From contig SUPR01000001.1 in the NCBI GenBank assembly GCA_005191425.1, positions 5,762 through 69,761 on the forward strand: 64,000 nt of DNA. The letters are read 5' to 3'. The stretch's first letter is position 1. Each line of letters opens with the position of its first letter. The notes below the pieces were generated by a model, which saw only the letters and a program-made list of their open reading frames with translations, made no database searches and was not told where the DNA came from. This DNA comes from Candidatus Helarchaeota ASGARD archaeon Hel_GB_B. Its GTDB lineage: Archaea; Asgardarchaeota; Lokiarchaeia; Helarchaeales; HEL-GB-B. Position numbers and translations under genes: made by a program. Positions 9,993 to 19,869 of the stretch are shown in pieces.

Positions 9993-10306
9993 TCTTGAAC
10001 TGTCTCTAATAACGATACAGTATTCCAAATTCTTGTTCTAGCATATAATGGACAATTTGGATCTTGTGAAATTTCGTCTAATATCGAAATAGCGTTTGAT
10101 GCCTTATGAGCTGGTGTACCTTCACCTGATTTTAAAACATTTATAGCTTCATCTGCTGCTCTACGTATATTTCTAGGTACCGAATTATCATTGCTTATTT
10201 GTGTTAATAATTGTATTATTTGTGCAATAATTTCTTCAGGGTCTTCTTCATCTTCATCCCATTCTTCTTCATCTTCATTCTCTTCTTCATCAGAATCCTG
10301 AGCCAT
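9989..10306 (-). CDS. UPF0147-family small archaeal protein with an acidic N-terminal extension
   Basis: Core NDNSVPRNIRRAADEAINVLK...ISILDEISQDPNCPLYARTRIWNTVSLLETV resembles conserved UPF0147 proteins. The N-terminus is strongly acidic (DSDEEENEDEEEWDEDEEDPEE). Confidence 0.5.
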   Translation of the reverse strand: MAQDSDEEENEDEEEWDEDEEDPEEIIAQIIQLLTQISNDNSVPRNIRRAADEAINVLKSGEGTPAHKASNAISILDEISQDPNCPLYARTRIWNTVSLLETVQD

Positions 10307-10698
10307 TTTTAATCACATCTCTTATGTTTTAAAATTTGGTTAAAATTAAGTTATTCTTTATTTTAATTTTATTTCCGTTTTTTTATTTGATTATTAAAAA
10401 AATATTTTTAATTATTGGTAAATAATTCAGTATTACTTTTAAAAATTTTTAAATTTATCTTTTTATTAATTTAAAACACATTTCTAAATTATATATTAAT
10501 TAAATCTTTATTCTCCTCTAATTTTGCCCATAATTATATTTCACCACGCCATTTATTCAAAGGTATTCTATTTATTATTATTATTTAAAATTGTTATTTA
10601 ATCAAGTATTCCCAAGATAATATACAGATAATCTATGGATTAATGAAATATAATTTACCTTATATTTCAATAATAGCAATAATCCAAGCTGATTAAAA

Positions 10699-11754
10699 AT
10701 GATTGATACTTCAATGGTTTCATTAATCGATTCACCTGAAAATGAAAAAAAGCTGTCCAACAGTTCAATTAAACTAATTGACGAGTTCTTTGAATTTAAT
10801 AGAAAACTTGGAAAGTCTGATTCATTGATTAGAAATTATAGATATGATATTATGCATTTCGTTAATTCGTGTAATATTGAAAATATTGAAAATACGATTG
10901 TAGAAGATATTGAGGACTACATTGCAATTTTACGTGAAAGAAAGTGTTCAGGAGCTACTATTAACCGCAGATTGTGTGCTTTGAAAACTTTATTTAGATT
11001 TCTTAGACGTAAATACCACAGAACATTAAGACGTGAAAAACGAAACCATAACAATCCTGATTTGCTAGACCAAATAAGATCATTAATTGAAGAATATGAT
11101 GATATTTTAAATTTGGAATCTGTTCAATCTATTAAAAAAGAGAAATTACCATTCAATATGGAAGAAATAGCTGCAATGCTATCCGAAATTAAAAAGCCAG
11201 AAAATAACAGGTATTCAATGGAAGGAATTAGAAACTACCTAATAATAAAATTGAGCGCTGTTGGGACTGGTGCTAGAAACACAGCAATTAGACAACTTCT
11301 AATAAAAGACCTCTCTTGCTCAAAATGCGATGGAAATTGCGATAAATGCATCCCTACAATTAATATCCAAAGAAAAGGTAAAAAAGAATTCAATAGAACT
11401 AAAGTCAGGGTAAAAATTGAAAAAGAAACTTGTAAGGAACTCAGAAATTACCTAAAAATGCTTAACTTTACTGATGTAAATCAACCTGTTTTCCTCTCTA
11501 GGAAAAAAAACTTTTTATCTATAGCTCAAATGAACCGAATTTTACAGAAAGCAATGGAACTTGCAAATATAGACCCTAAGGGTAGAACATTTCACTCTCT
11601 TCGACATACCTTTATCACAGAATGTATTAAAAATGGGACACCTTGGGGACATATGATGATCCAAGTCGACCACAAAGCAAAACTGGGTATAACAGCAAAA
11701 TATGAACACTTACAACCCGAAGACCTAATAATCAAGTTCCCTAAATTGCCTTGA
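10699..11754 (+). CDS. Tyrosine site-specific recombinase (XerA/XerC/XerD-like integrase)
   Basis: N-terminal SAM-like core-binding region (SGATINRRLCALKTLFRFL). C-terminal catalytic box HSLRHTFITECIKNG...Y (R-H-R-Y family). Contains a Cys-rich insertion CSKCDGNCDKC. Confidence 0.75.
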   Translation: MIDTSMVSLIDSPENEKKLSNSSIKLIDEFFEFNRKLGKSDSLIRNYRYDIMHFVNSCNIENIENTIVEDIEDYIAILRERKCSGATINRRLCALKTLFRFLRRKYHRTLRREKRNHNNPDLLDQIRSLIEEYDDILNLESVQSIKKEKLPFNMEEIAAMLSEIKKPENNRYSMEGIRNYLIIKLSAVGTGARNTAIRQLLIKDLSCSKCDGNCDKCIPTINIQRKGKKEFNRTKVRVKIEKETCKELRNYLKMLNFTDVNQPVFLSRKKNFLSIAQMNRILQKAMELANIDPKGRTFHSLRHTFITECIKNGTPWGHMMIQVDHKAKLGITAKYEHLQPEDLIIKFPKLP

Positions 11755-11854
11755 TTATTTATACTTTTTAATTTTTCACTAAATTTTATCCTATTGAATT
11801 TTCCCCAATTTTTATAATTTTAGATTTTTATAATAAAAACCTAATAAAATTAGA

Positions 11855-12820
11855 TTAATATAACTTCTCTAATTCAGTACCACATTTAGGACATCTATAT
11901 CTTGCAGGTTTTGGGACTTTATATTGAACATTACAATATCTACATATCATAGGATAACTCTTTTTTTCTTGTTGTTGTCTGGCTTGTTCTATGAGCTTAT
12001 TACAATAGTCGATTTGCTCTTGTAACCAAGTCATTCCATCTTCAAATTTGACTTTACTTGCATATTCATATGCTTGCTTAAATAGATTTAACGCTTCATG
12101 ATGATCCCCAGATTGTAATCTGGATAACGCTACATTTGAAAGCTTTTTATAATTTTCCAATGCTTTTAAATATGCTTGCTGGTCAAATGATTCTTGAGCC
12201 TCTACAGTTTCTCCCTGTTGATTTGCTTGCGATACTTGCGTCTGAGTTTGCGTTGCTGTAGACGCTGTGCTACTTATTGTCGGCATGCCAATGTCTTCTC
12301 GCTCACCTATTAATAATTTAGTTAATGCATAAAATACCTCGTTTACACTTTGCCCTGATTTTGCAGATGATTCAATATAACTAACCCCTCTTTGGGCTGC
12401 AAACTCCCGCGCCTCTTCCACTGACACTTCACGATCTGGTAAGTCGGCCTTATTTCCCACTAATACCCACGGAATATTACTGCCACAATTTGTGAATACC
12501 TCATTGAACCATGTATTAGATAAACTCTCAAAACTCTTACGATTCGTAATATCAAAAGCAAAGATCGCACCAGAAGCACCTTTATAGTAAAGTGGACGAA
12601 TATAAGCGAACCTTTCCTGCCCACCAGTGTCCCATATTTGTAATTTGACTTTCTTTCCATTAATTTCAATTGTTTTTATTGAGAAATCTACCCCAATTGT
12701 CATTTTATATTGGTCTCTAAAAATTCCTTGCGCAAAACGGGTAGTTAATGCTGTCTTACCTACACCACCTGATCCGATCACAATTATCTTAAATAAATAG
12801 TCAAAATCTCCATTTGTCAT
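11855..12820 (-). CDS. Rab-like small GTPase (Ras superfamily) with a C-terminal extension ending in a C4 zinc ribbon
   Basis: G1 GSGGVGKT, switch I TIGVDF (RabF1-like), G3 WDTGGQERF, G4 NKAD, G5 SAK; YYKGA (RabF4-like). The C-terminal ~120 aa ends in CRYCNVQYKVPKPARYRCPKCG. Confidence 0.8.
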   Translation of the reverse strand: MTNGDFDYLFKIIVIGSGGVGKTALTTRFAQGIFRDQYKMTIGVDFSIKTIEINGKKVKLQIWDTGGQERFAYIRPLYYKGASGAIFAFDITNRKSFESLSNTWFNEVFTNCGSNIPWVLVGNKADLPDREVSVEEAREFAAQRGVSYIESSAKSGQSVNEVFYALTKLLIGEREDIGMPTISSTASTATQTQTQVSQANQQGETVEAQESFDQQAYLKALENYKKLSNVALSRLQSGDHHEALNLFKQAYEYASKVKFEDGMTWLQEQIDYCNKLIEQARQQQEKKSYPMICRYCNVQYKVPKPARYRCPKCGTELEKLY

Positions 12821-13424
12821 ACTGATTCACTCACAAGTTCTCAAATACTATATTTATGTTTGATAATTTTAATATTTAATCAGATTAATCAATTTTGATT
12901 TTATTATAATCAATTATAATTTAAAAGCTTTTTTTAATTTAAGAATAATTTTTTATTTGTCATAGAAATTACAAAAGTAAATATAATAAAAAATTACAAA
13001 TAAGTGGGATTTTTTATTTACTAAATTTTTTCAACATGAATTCTAGAACAACTTAACAAATCAAACTGCTTAAATTCTATTTTATTTATTATTTTGAAAC
13101 CATTTAAAAAGATTTAAACCTAGATAGTTATATTTCCATAAATGTTATGTCCATATAAATTTATTTTATAGATTTTAATTGAATTTATAATAATTAACTA
13201 ATTTTAAAAAGAGATTAAATGGTTATTTCTTGACGAATTTTTTAATTACTTTGCTTATTTTTAATTTTGTTTGTTTGATTTTCCTTCGAAATAAAATGTT
13301 TTTCACTAAAATTTAGCATTTTGTTTGTTATTTTGTTAAATATTTTTAATGATAATTTTATATTTTATATTGATGTTAATAATTATTAACTTAAATCGAT
13401 GATTTAACTTTAGGCGGATAAAAA

Positions 13425-14129
13425 ATGTTCGAAATTGATGATGTTTTAAATGAATACCATTTTGTAAAGCGATTGAATAAATATACAGGAATTATAAAAA
13501 AGGGTAAAAGTTCAGAAAAAGTTTACGTACCGAATCCAGGACGTCTAAAGAATTTATTAGTCCCCAACGCCCCTGTTTTTGTTAAAAAAACAGACAAGCC
13601 AAACAGAAAAACTCAATTTGATCTATTAGCGGTAAAAAATAAAGAAGACATAATTGTGGGTATTGATTCCCGACTACCAAATTGGTTATTTGAGTTTCTT
13701 CTTAAAAATAATGAAATTGAAGAATTAAAAAACTATTCGATAAAAAAGAAAGAATATAGAATAGGGAATTCACGTATTGATTATCTCCTTGAAAATAAGA
13801 AAAAAAAGTACTTGGTCGAATTAAAAATTTGTACTTTAGTCGAAAAAAGTACCTTATTATTCCCGGACGCAGTTTCAGCTAGGTCTACGAAGCATTTATT
13901 AGATTTAATTAAAATAAATAAACAAGAATACCAGATTATAGTATATTTTCTAGGGCTTAGGTCTGACCCAACTAACTTTAGACCAAACTCAGAAGTAGAC
14001 CCTAAATTTAGTGATGCTTTTAATTCGGCACTAAAAGAATCCATTGATTTAATACCTGTTAAGTCCGATATAGAATATAAAAACAATAAACTTCTATTTT
14101 CTAATTTTGAGAAAATCCCTATAGCCTAA
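13425..14129 (+). CDS. sfsA: SfsA-family protein (sugar fermentation stimulation protein homolog; nuclease-like fold)
   Basis: YVPNPGRLKNLL...NRKTQFDLL...RIDYLLE...YLVELKICTLVEKSTLLFPDAVSARSTKHLLDL parallels the E. coli SfsA blocks (HCPNTG..., RIDFML, YIEVKSVTL...FPDAVTERGQKHLREL). Confidence 0.75.
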   Translation: MFEIDDVLNEYHFVKRLNKYTGIIKKGKSSEKVYVPNPGRLKNLLVPNAPVFVKKTDKPNRKTQFDLLAVKNKEDIIVGIDSRLPNWLFEFLLKNNEIEELKNYSIKKKEYRIGNSRIDYLLENKKKKYLVELKICTLVEKSTLLFPDAVSARSTKHLLDLIKINKQEYQIIVYFLGLRSDPTNFRPNSEVDPKFSDAFNSALKESIDLIPVKSDIEYKNNKLLFSNFEKIPIA

Positions 14130-14402
14130 TTAATTCCTCTTTTTATTTTAAACTTCCTTTTTAGTCCAAATTTCAATATATCGATATATAATAATTTTTA
14201 AATTTGGACTTGTCGGTCTTTTAATAAAAAAATTAAAAATAAAGTATCCTCTAATTCTTATTGAATATTATAGACTAAAAATTGTAAATTAAAGAGATAT
14301 TTAGAAAAATACGCCCATATTTCAATTGATATTTTAAAAAAATTACGCTAAAAAATTGAGAATTTTTCTAAATACAATTTATTATTCCTACAAACTGGAA
14401 CT

Positions 14403-14960
14403 GTGAAGAATAAAATGGAACTGAATATCGTCTGGGGTATTACAGGTTGCGGAGATTTTATTCAAGAAACTTTTGATTTGATAAAATTGATTGTAGATAA
14501 ATATAAAATTAATATTACAATTATTATCTCTAAACAAGGTGAGATGGTCTTAAAATGGTATAAATTATATAAGCCACTCATGAGTCTATTTCCTAAATGC
14601 TTTTGCGAGATTGGTCCTAATCAACCTTTTCTGGCAGGGCCATTACAACGCGGTAAATATGATTTTTTATTCGTCTGTCCTGCTTCTGGAAATACAGTTG
14701 CAAAAATAGTCTATGGAATTGCCGATACCTTAATTACAAATTGCGTTGCTCAAACAATTAAAGGTTTTGTACCTGTTTACATTTTTCCCGTTGATCAGCG
14801 GCCTGGAGATATCACTACAACTCTACCCAATGGACAAAAGCTTAAATTAAGAATGAGAAAAATTGATTTAAAAAATGTGGAATTATTAAGAAATATGGAA
14901 GGTATCACAGTACTTTCTCACCCAAAAGAAATCATAAAGGTCATTGAAAAAAGAATTTAA
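14403..14960 (+). CDS. afpA: Archaeoflavoprotein AfpA (HFCD flavoprotein family)
   Basis: IVWGITGCGDF...FVCPASGNTVAKIVYGIADTLITNCVAQTIKGFVPVYIFPVDQ closely matches AfpA signature blocks. Confidence 0.7.
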   Translation: MKNKMELNIVWGITGCGDFIQETFDLIKLIVDKYKINITIIISKQGEMVLKWYKLYKPLMSLFPKCFCEIGPNQPFLAGPLQRGKYDFLFVCPASGNTVAKIVYGIADTLITNCVAQTIKGFVPVYIFPVDQRPGDITTTLPNGQKLKLRMRKIDLKNVELLRNMEGITVLSHPKEIIKVIEKRI

Positions 14961-15271
14961 ATTTTTAATAAAAGCATATACTCTAAAAATTAAACAATTT
15001 CTACTTTTATTTTTTCTTATTTCTATTTCATTTATTATTCTTTCATCAAATGTGAAAATTCTTTCCATATAATATATAAAATTCAATGTCTTTTCCATAT
15101 TGACTCCATCCTCCCGGTTTTAAACTTTTTTTATTTTAACAATTAAAAAAATAAAGTTTACTCTTTTACTAATGTAATTTTAAAAGTAATTTAAAAATTT
15201 GAACATAAATTCTTAGTTAATAAAATATAAGAATCAAATTAAAATTAAAAAAAATAAAAAAATTGAGATAA

Positions 15272-16456
15272 TTAATCTGGGTGGCCTAAGATTGTCACAG
15301 AACAAACAGAATAAGCTCCACCTAAATTATGTGCAAGCGCAAGATTTGGATCTTTTACTTGCTCGCCTAACGCTTTTCCTTGTAATTGTTTATAACATTC
15401 CCAGATCATTCTACAGCCTGTAGCACCAATTGGATGCCCAAAGCACTTTAGTCCACCAGATGGATTGACAGCTACTTGGCCATCAACATTGAAAAACCCT
15501 TCTTTTAATTTTGTTGGAGCCTCACCTATTTCACAAAACCCTAAATCTTGGCAATTTAATAATTCGGTTATTGTAAAACAGTCATGGACTTCAGCAAGCG
15601 AAATTTCTTGAGCAGGGTTAGTAACGCCAGCTTCATGATATGCGAGTTCAGCAGCTCTTCTGGTAGCAGGGAATTTAATAAAATCGAATTTTGGGTCGTA
15701 CCAGGGAGTTGCGGTTTCAACGGCAACGGCATTTGCTTTAACAATGATATAATCAGAGTTAAAAGAGGGAGCCAATTCTGGAGTGGTGATAACAAGTGCG
15801 GCGGACCCATCAGACATAGCGCAGCAATCGTATCTGCCCAATGGATCAGCAATCATAGGAGCGTTCATTGCGTCTTCAATGGTAATAGCACGCCTAAAGT
15901 GAGCTTTGGGATGTTTTACGCCATTTTTATGGTTTTTGACGGCGACTCTAGCCAAATCTTCTTTAGTCCAGCCGTGTTCATGAAAAGACCTGGTAGCTGC
16001 AAAGCAGAACATAGCAGGCGCCGAGGGCAATGGAAGAAGAGGATGGCCCATTTGTTTAAAGCCAGGTAGCCCGGATGAGCCTTCGTCCATTAACTTTTCA
16101 ACGCCACAAGCCAGTACTACATCATTGACGCCAGATGCAACTGCAAAGCACGCATTTCTAAAGGCGTCCATACCAGATGCACAGAAATTTTCTACTCGAG
16201 TGATAGGTTTTCCATAGAGTTTTAAGGAGTCAGCAGCAGTAACACCAGCTAGGCCAGTAAACCAATATTGATTTCCAAGCCAGATAGCTTCGATAGTATT
16301 TTCAATTTCATCATGATCTTTAAAGCCAGCGTCATTAAAAGCTTCATAACCAGCTTCAATTAAAAGGTCTTCAACGCCCATATCCCATCTTTCGCCAAAT
16401 TTAGTAGCGCCACCACCAATAATTGCTACACGATCTCTAATACCTTTTTTACCCAT
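15272..16456 (-). CDS. Acetyl-CoA C-acetyltransferase (archaeal thiolase, mevalonate pathway)
   Basis: Thiolase fold with catalytic Cys context NFCASGMDA, and C-terminal GHPIGATGCRM...NLGGAYSV. Immediately downstream of the HMG-CoA synthase. Confidence 0.85.
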   Translation of the reverse strand: MGKKGIRDRVAIIGGGATKFGERWDMGVEDLLIEAGYEAFNDAGFKDHDEIENTIEAIWLGNQYWFTGLAGVTAADSLKLYGKPITRVENFCASGMDAFRNACFAVASGVNDVVLACGVEKLMDEGSSGLPGFKQMGHPLLPLPSAPAMFCFAATRSFHEHGWTKEDLARVAVKNHKNGVKHPKAHFRRAITIEDAMNAPMIADPLGRYDCCAMSDGSAALVITTPELAPSFNSDYIIVKANAVAVETATPWYDPKFDFIKFPATRRAAELAYHEAGVTNPAQEISLAEVHDCFTITELLNCQDLGFCEIGEAPTKLKEGFFNVDGQVAVNPSGGLKCFGHPIGATGCRMIWECYKQLQGKALGEQVKDPNLALAHNLGGAYSVCSVTILGHPD

Positions 16457-16458
16457 AT

Positions 16459-17916
16459 TTATTCAGCCTCCGCCTTTTTTACAGAAGGTTTACATTTATA
16501 ATAATAACCAATCATATTTTGGTGTTGTTCAAGGTCTCCGCCTTCATGTAATTTTCTAAAGATGATATCAACTTTATCCCCGATTTTAACTTCATAAGGA
16601 TTGCAATCGGTCATATTTAGGAGAATTCTGCCGCCACCATCAAGTTCGATAACGCACCTTGGGACAGGTGTTTCAAAGTATTCGGCTCCGATTAAGTGAT
16701 CAAGGGTAAAAGTATAAATGGTACCATGTCTGGGGAGTTTATAAAGTTCCCAATTATCTTTAGCTCCGCAGACCATACAAGCTCGCCAGTTTGGATATTG
16801 GACAGCACCACAATTTTTACATTTTATTCCATAGAGTTTATGAACTCTGAGGGCTTCTCTCCAGATCAAAACAGGGCTAGCTTTACGGGTTAATGGTTTT
16901 TTAGATTTAACAAGGTATCGATTTTTAAGATATGTATTATAATTATCAAGAGTTTTTTGTTTTCTAATGCGTTTCTTAACTTTCATTCTATCTTTGCTTA
17001 GTTCTTTTCCGGAACCCGTTCCAGTTAAATAGAAGGCATCAGCCCCATCACCATAACCACCTAGAAGGATATTTTGACCTTCTTTAACTTTTTCGAAGAC
17101 CGTGGCTAGAGATATAAAAGGTAACGGTGTACCTACGTTTGATAAGTCCATCCATAATGGGTCAACTACTGCTTTTTTATCAAATTTCATTATTTTAGCT
17201 ATAGTTCCATGGAATCGAGGGTCTGGAGCATAGTAAGCTGCTTTATCGACTTTATCAGGAGTCAATTCAAATTTTTCCATTAGTCCTTTAAAAGCACGTA
17301 CCATAGAATCGGTATAATTTAATTTAGTTTCGACTTTAATTTCGAATGTCCTTACAAATTCATCAAAAGATCGCCTATAAGGGCCAACAGTATTAGTGCT
17401 TATGGAATAATAACCCTCAATATTAGCAATGCCAGGTTCACTAGAAACTAATACCGAAGCAGCTGCGTCACCGAAAGCATATTCATACATAGTTAAAGGT
17501 TCAGGGTCTCTTTTATCAGAAGTTACAATTAATATATTTTTAGCATCACCTGCTTTGATAGTGTCGTAAGCAACTCGGAGAGCTGTTGTTGCTGCTCGAG
17601 TAGTTCCAAGGAAATCATTAGTTAAAATATCATCATTTAAGTCAAGGACAGTAGTAATAAGAGATGCATTTAATTTTTCAGCATATGGAGCAGTAGTGGA
17701 AGCAAAAAATAGACCATCAACAGATTTAAGGTCAATACCTTTTAAGCATTCAAGACCGGCTTCAACTGCCATTGTAATGCTGTCTTCGTCATAATTAGCT
17801 ACAGATTTTGTTCCAGGTACAATTGGAAAATCCCAAGCTTCACCAATTTTCTTTCTAGGGAGTTTATAACCTGGGAGATAAGTACCCCATGATTTTATAG
17901 ACACCAATTTTTCCAA
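16459..17916 (-). CDS. Hydroxymethylglutaryl-CoA synthase fused to a C-terminal DUF35 (Zn-ribbon + OB-fold) domain
   Basis: N-terminal ~350 aa is a thiolase-like condensing-enzyme fold (SIKSWGTYLPGYKL..., catalytic Cys region). The C-terminus carries CKNCGAVQYPNWRACMVCGAKD followed by an OB-fold-like segment, typical of DUF35. A 2-nt spacer separates it from the thiolase gene. Confidence 0.8.
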   Translation of the reverse strand: MEKLVSIKSWGTYLPGYKLPRKKIGEAWDFPIVPGTKSVANYDEDSITMAVEAGLECLKGIDLKSVDGLFFASTTAPYAEKLNASLITTVLDLNDDILTNDFLGTTRAATTALRVAYDTIKAGDAKNILIVTSDKRDPEPLTMYEYAFGDAAASVLVSSEPGIANIEGYYSISTNTVGPYRRSFDEFVRTFEIKVETKLNYTDSMVRAFKGLMEKFELTPDKVDKAAYYAPDPRFHGTIAKIMKFDKKAVVDPLWMDLSNVGTPLPFISLATVFEKVKEGQNILLGGYGDGADAFYLTGTGSGKELSKDRMKVKKRIRKQKTLDNYNTYLKNRYLVKSKKPLTRKASPVLIWREALRVHKLYGIKCKNCGAVQYPNWRACMVCGAKDNWELYKLPRHGTIYTFTLDHLIGAEYFETPVPRCVIELDGGGRILLNMTDCNPYEVKIGDKVDIIFRKLHEGGDLEQHQNMIGYYYKCKPSVKKAEAE

Positions 17917-18187
17917 CTCATATAATTTATCTATTTTTTATATGTTTTAATATTTGAAGTTATGTTTAAATTATTCTGGAAGTTTAGTTATTTCTTATTT
18001 TTGCTATTTTTATTCTTCCAAAAATTACGAATCAGTATAAATTAGATGATCAAGTTTTTAAAAAAAATTTTCTATGCAGTAAATTTTTTTTAAAGTATCA
18101 ACTAAATTAGAATTATTAAAAGATTTGAGTTCAATAGTTCAAGTGGGCGATAAATATTTATAAAAATGAGGGTTTAAATAATGAAAG

Positions 18188-19528
18188 TTGGTCAAAATGA
18201 ATAATATAAAAATTGGAAAAATTGGTATAATAGGACTCGGATATGTTGGGTTTATATCAGCTGTAGGATTTGCACTGAAAGGGTATAAAGTTAAATGTGT
18301 TGATATATTAGAAAACAATGTTAAGATGGCAAACAATGGTGAAGTGCCATTTTTTGAGCCGAATTTAAGAGAAAATCTTGGTAAAGTCCTTGAAAGTAAA
18401 AGATTTAGTGCGTCAAAGGATTATACAATATTAAAAGACACGGATATTTCGTTTATTTGTGTTGGGACGCCTTCATTAAAGACTGGAGAGATAGATTTAA
18501 AATATATAAAGAGTTCTGCGGAAAATTTGGGTAAAGTTCTTGGGACGATGGACCATTTTCATGTAGCTGTTGTAAAAAGTACAGTAGTACCGGGTACAAC
18601 AGAAGAAGTGGTATTACCAATTCTTGAGAAATTTTCAGGTAAGAAGTGTGGAGTAGATTTTTCTATAGCAATGACGCCCGAATTTTTAAAAGAGGGAGAT
18701 GCTATGAATGACTTTTTGAATCCAGATAGAACAGTTATAGGGGCATCAGACCAAAGAACAGCAAATTTATTAAAAAATTTGTTTATGCAATTAGGAGGAA
18801 AAATATTGATTGTTAGAAATCCAAGGACAGCTGAAATGATAAAATATGCAAATAATACTTTCTTAGCAATGAAAATTTCGTTTATAAATGAATTGGCAAA
18901 TATATCCAGGACAATTGGAGGAATAGATATTAATGAAGTAGCCCAAGGAATTGGTCTAGACCAGAGAATTTCCGGTAAATTCTTGAAGGCAGGGTGCGGT
19001 TTTGGTGGTTCATGTTTCCCTAAAGATGTAAAAGCAATTAAAGAATTTGCTAAAAATAGGGGGTATAACCCAATATTAATCAATGCTATTCTAGATGTTA
19101 ATGAAAAACAACCATTAATCATGATCAAAATTTTGAAAGAAGCAATTGGTAATTTAAAAGGGAAAAAGATTGCAATTTTAGGGTTATCTTTCAAACCGAA
19201 TACCTCGGATATGCGGGAAGCCCCTTCGATCAAAATAATAGACCAATTAGTAAAGGAAGGTGTAATACTTAATGCATACGACCCAGTTGCTATTGATGAG
19301 GCTAAAAAATTAATTAAAGGTACAATTAATTATTCAAACTCACTTTTAAATTGTATAAAAGGCGCCGATGCTTGTTTAATAATAACCGAGTGGGATGAAT
19401 TTCGAGAATTAACCCCAGATTTCTTTATAAAAAATATGAAAGAACCAATTATTATCGATGGACGTAAAATTTATGATTTTAATTTATTTTCGAGTAAATT
19501 AAAATATTATACGATTGGCCAAAAATAG
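18188..19528 (+). CDS. Nucleotide-sugar 6-dehydrogenase (UDP-glucose / UDP-N-acetyl-mannosamine dehydrogenase family)
   Basis: N-terminal NAD-binding IGIIGLGYVGFISAVGFA and catalytic-Cys motif GFGGSCFPKD. Length 446 aa. Confidence 0.8.
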   Translation: MVKMNNIKIGKIGIIGLGYVGFISAVGFALKGYKVKCVDILENNVKMANNGEVPFFEPNLRENLGKVLESKRFSASKDYTILKDTDISFICVGTPSLKTGEIDLKYIKSSAENLGKVLGTMDHFHVAVVKSTVVPGTTEEVVLPILEKFSGKKCGVDFSIAMTPEFLKEGDAMNDFLNPDRTVIGASDQRTANLLKNLFMQLGGKILIVRNPRTAEMIKYANNTFLAMKISFINELANISRTIGGIDINEVAQGIGLDQRISGKFLKAGCGFGGSCFPKDVKAIKEFAKNRGYNPILINAILDVNEKQPLIMIKILKEAIGNLKGKKIAILGLSFKPNTSDMREAPSIKIIDQLVKEGVILNAYDPVAIDEAKKLIKGTINYSNSLLNCIKGADACLIITEWDEFRELTPDFFIKNMKEPIIIDGRKIYDFNLFSSKLKYYTIGQK

Positions 19529-19632
19529 AAGTCTTTTTGAGTAAATTAAAAAATGATATCAATTTTTTAATTTTTTGAGTTATTTATTACAATTTTTTTA
19601 ATCTAGAAATTGATTTAAAATTAAAAACATGT

Positions 19633-19857
19633 TCATTTATGATTTTTTGACGAACTTTTCTTAATATGTTGAGCAAAAGAGCTAAATTTATAAAATAAAA
19701 GTGAATTATCAATTACATTTTCTTTACATTGACGACAAATCCAAATATTAGGTTCATATTCAATCCAATTTATATAAAATGAAACATTTTCCAGCTTTTC
19801 TGCTTGTTTTTTACAAATATTACATGTAATTTTAATACGAATCCCCCAATATGACAT
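19633..19857 (-). CDS. Small zinc-ribbon protein (hypothetical)
   Basis: CNICKK...CRQCKE. Sits 12 nt downstream of, and co-directional with, the VWA/MoxR pair. Confidence 0.35.
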   Translation of the reverse strand: MSYWGIRIKITCNICKKQAEKLENVSFYINWIEYEPNIWICRQCKENVIDNSLLFYKFSSFAQHIKKSSSKNHK

Positions 19858-19869
19858 AAATTTAGAGAA

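Noticed and set aside
10307-10698. tRNA gene as integration target next to the tyrosine recombinase
   Set aside because: The spacer is uniformly AT-rich with no 70-90-nt GC-enriched cloverleaf candidate. No tRNA-like sequence was found anywhere in the window.
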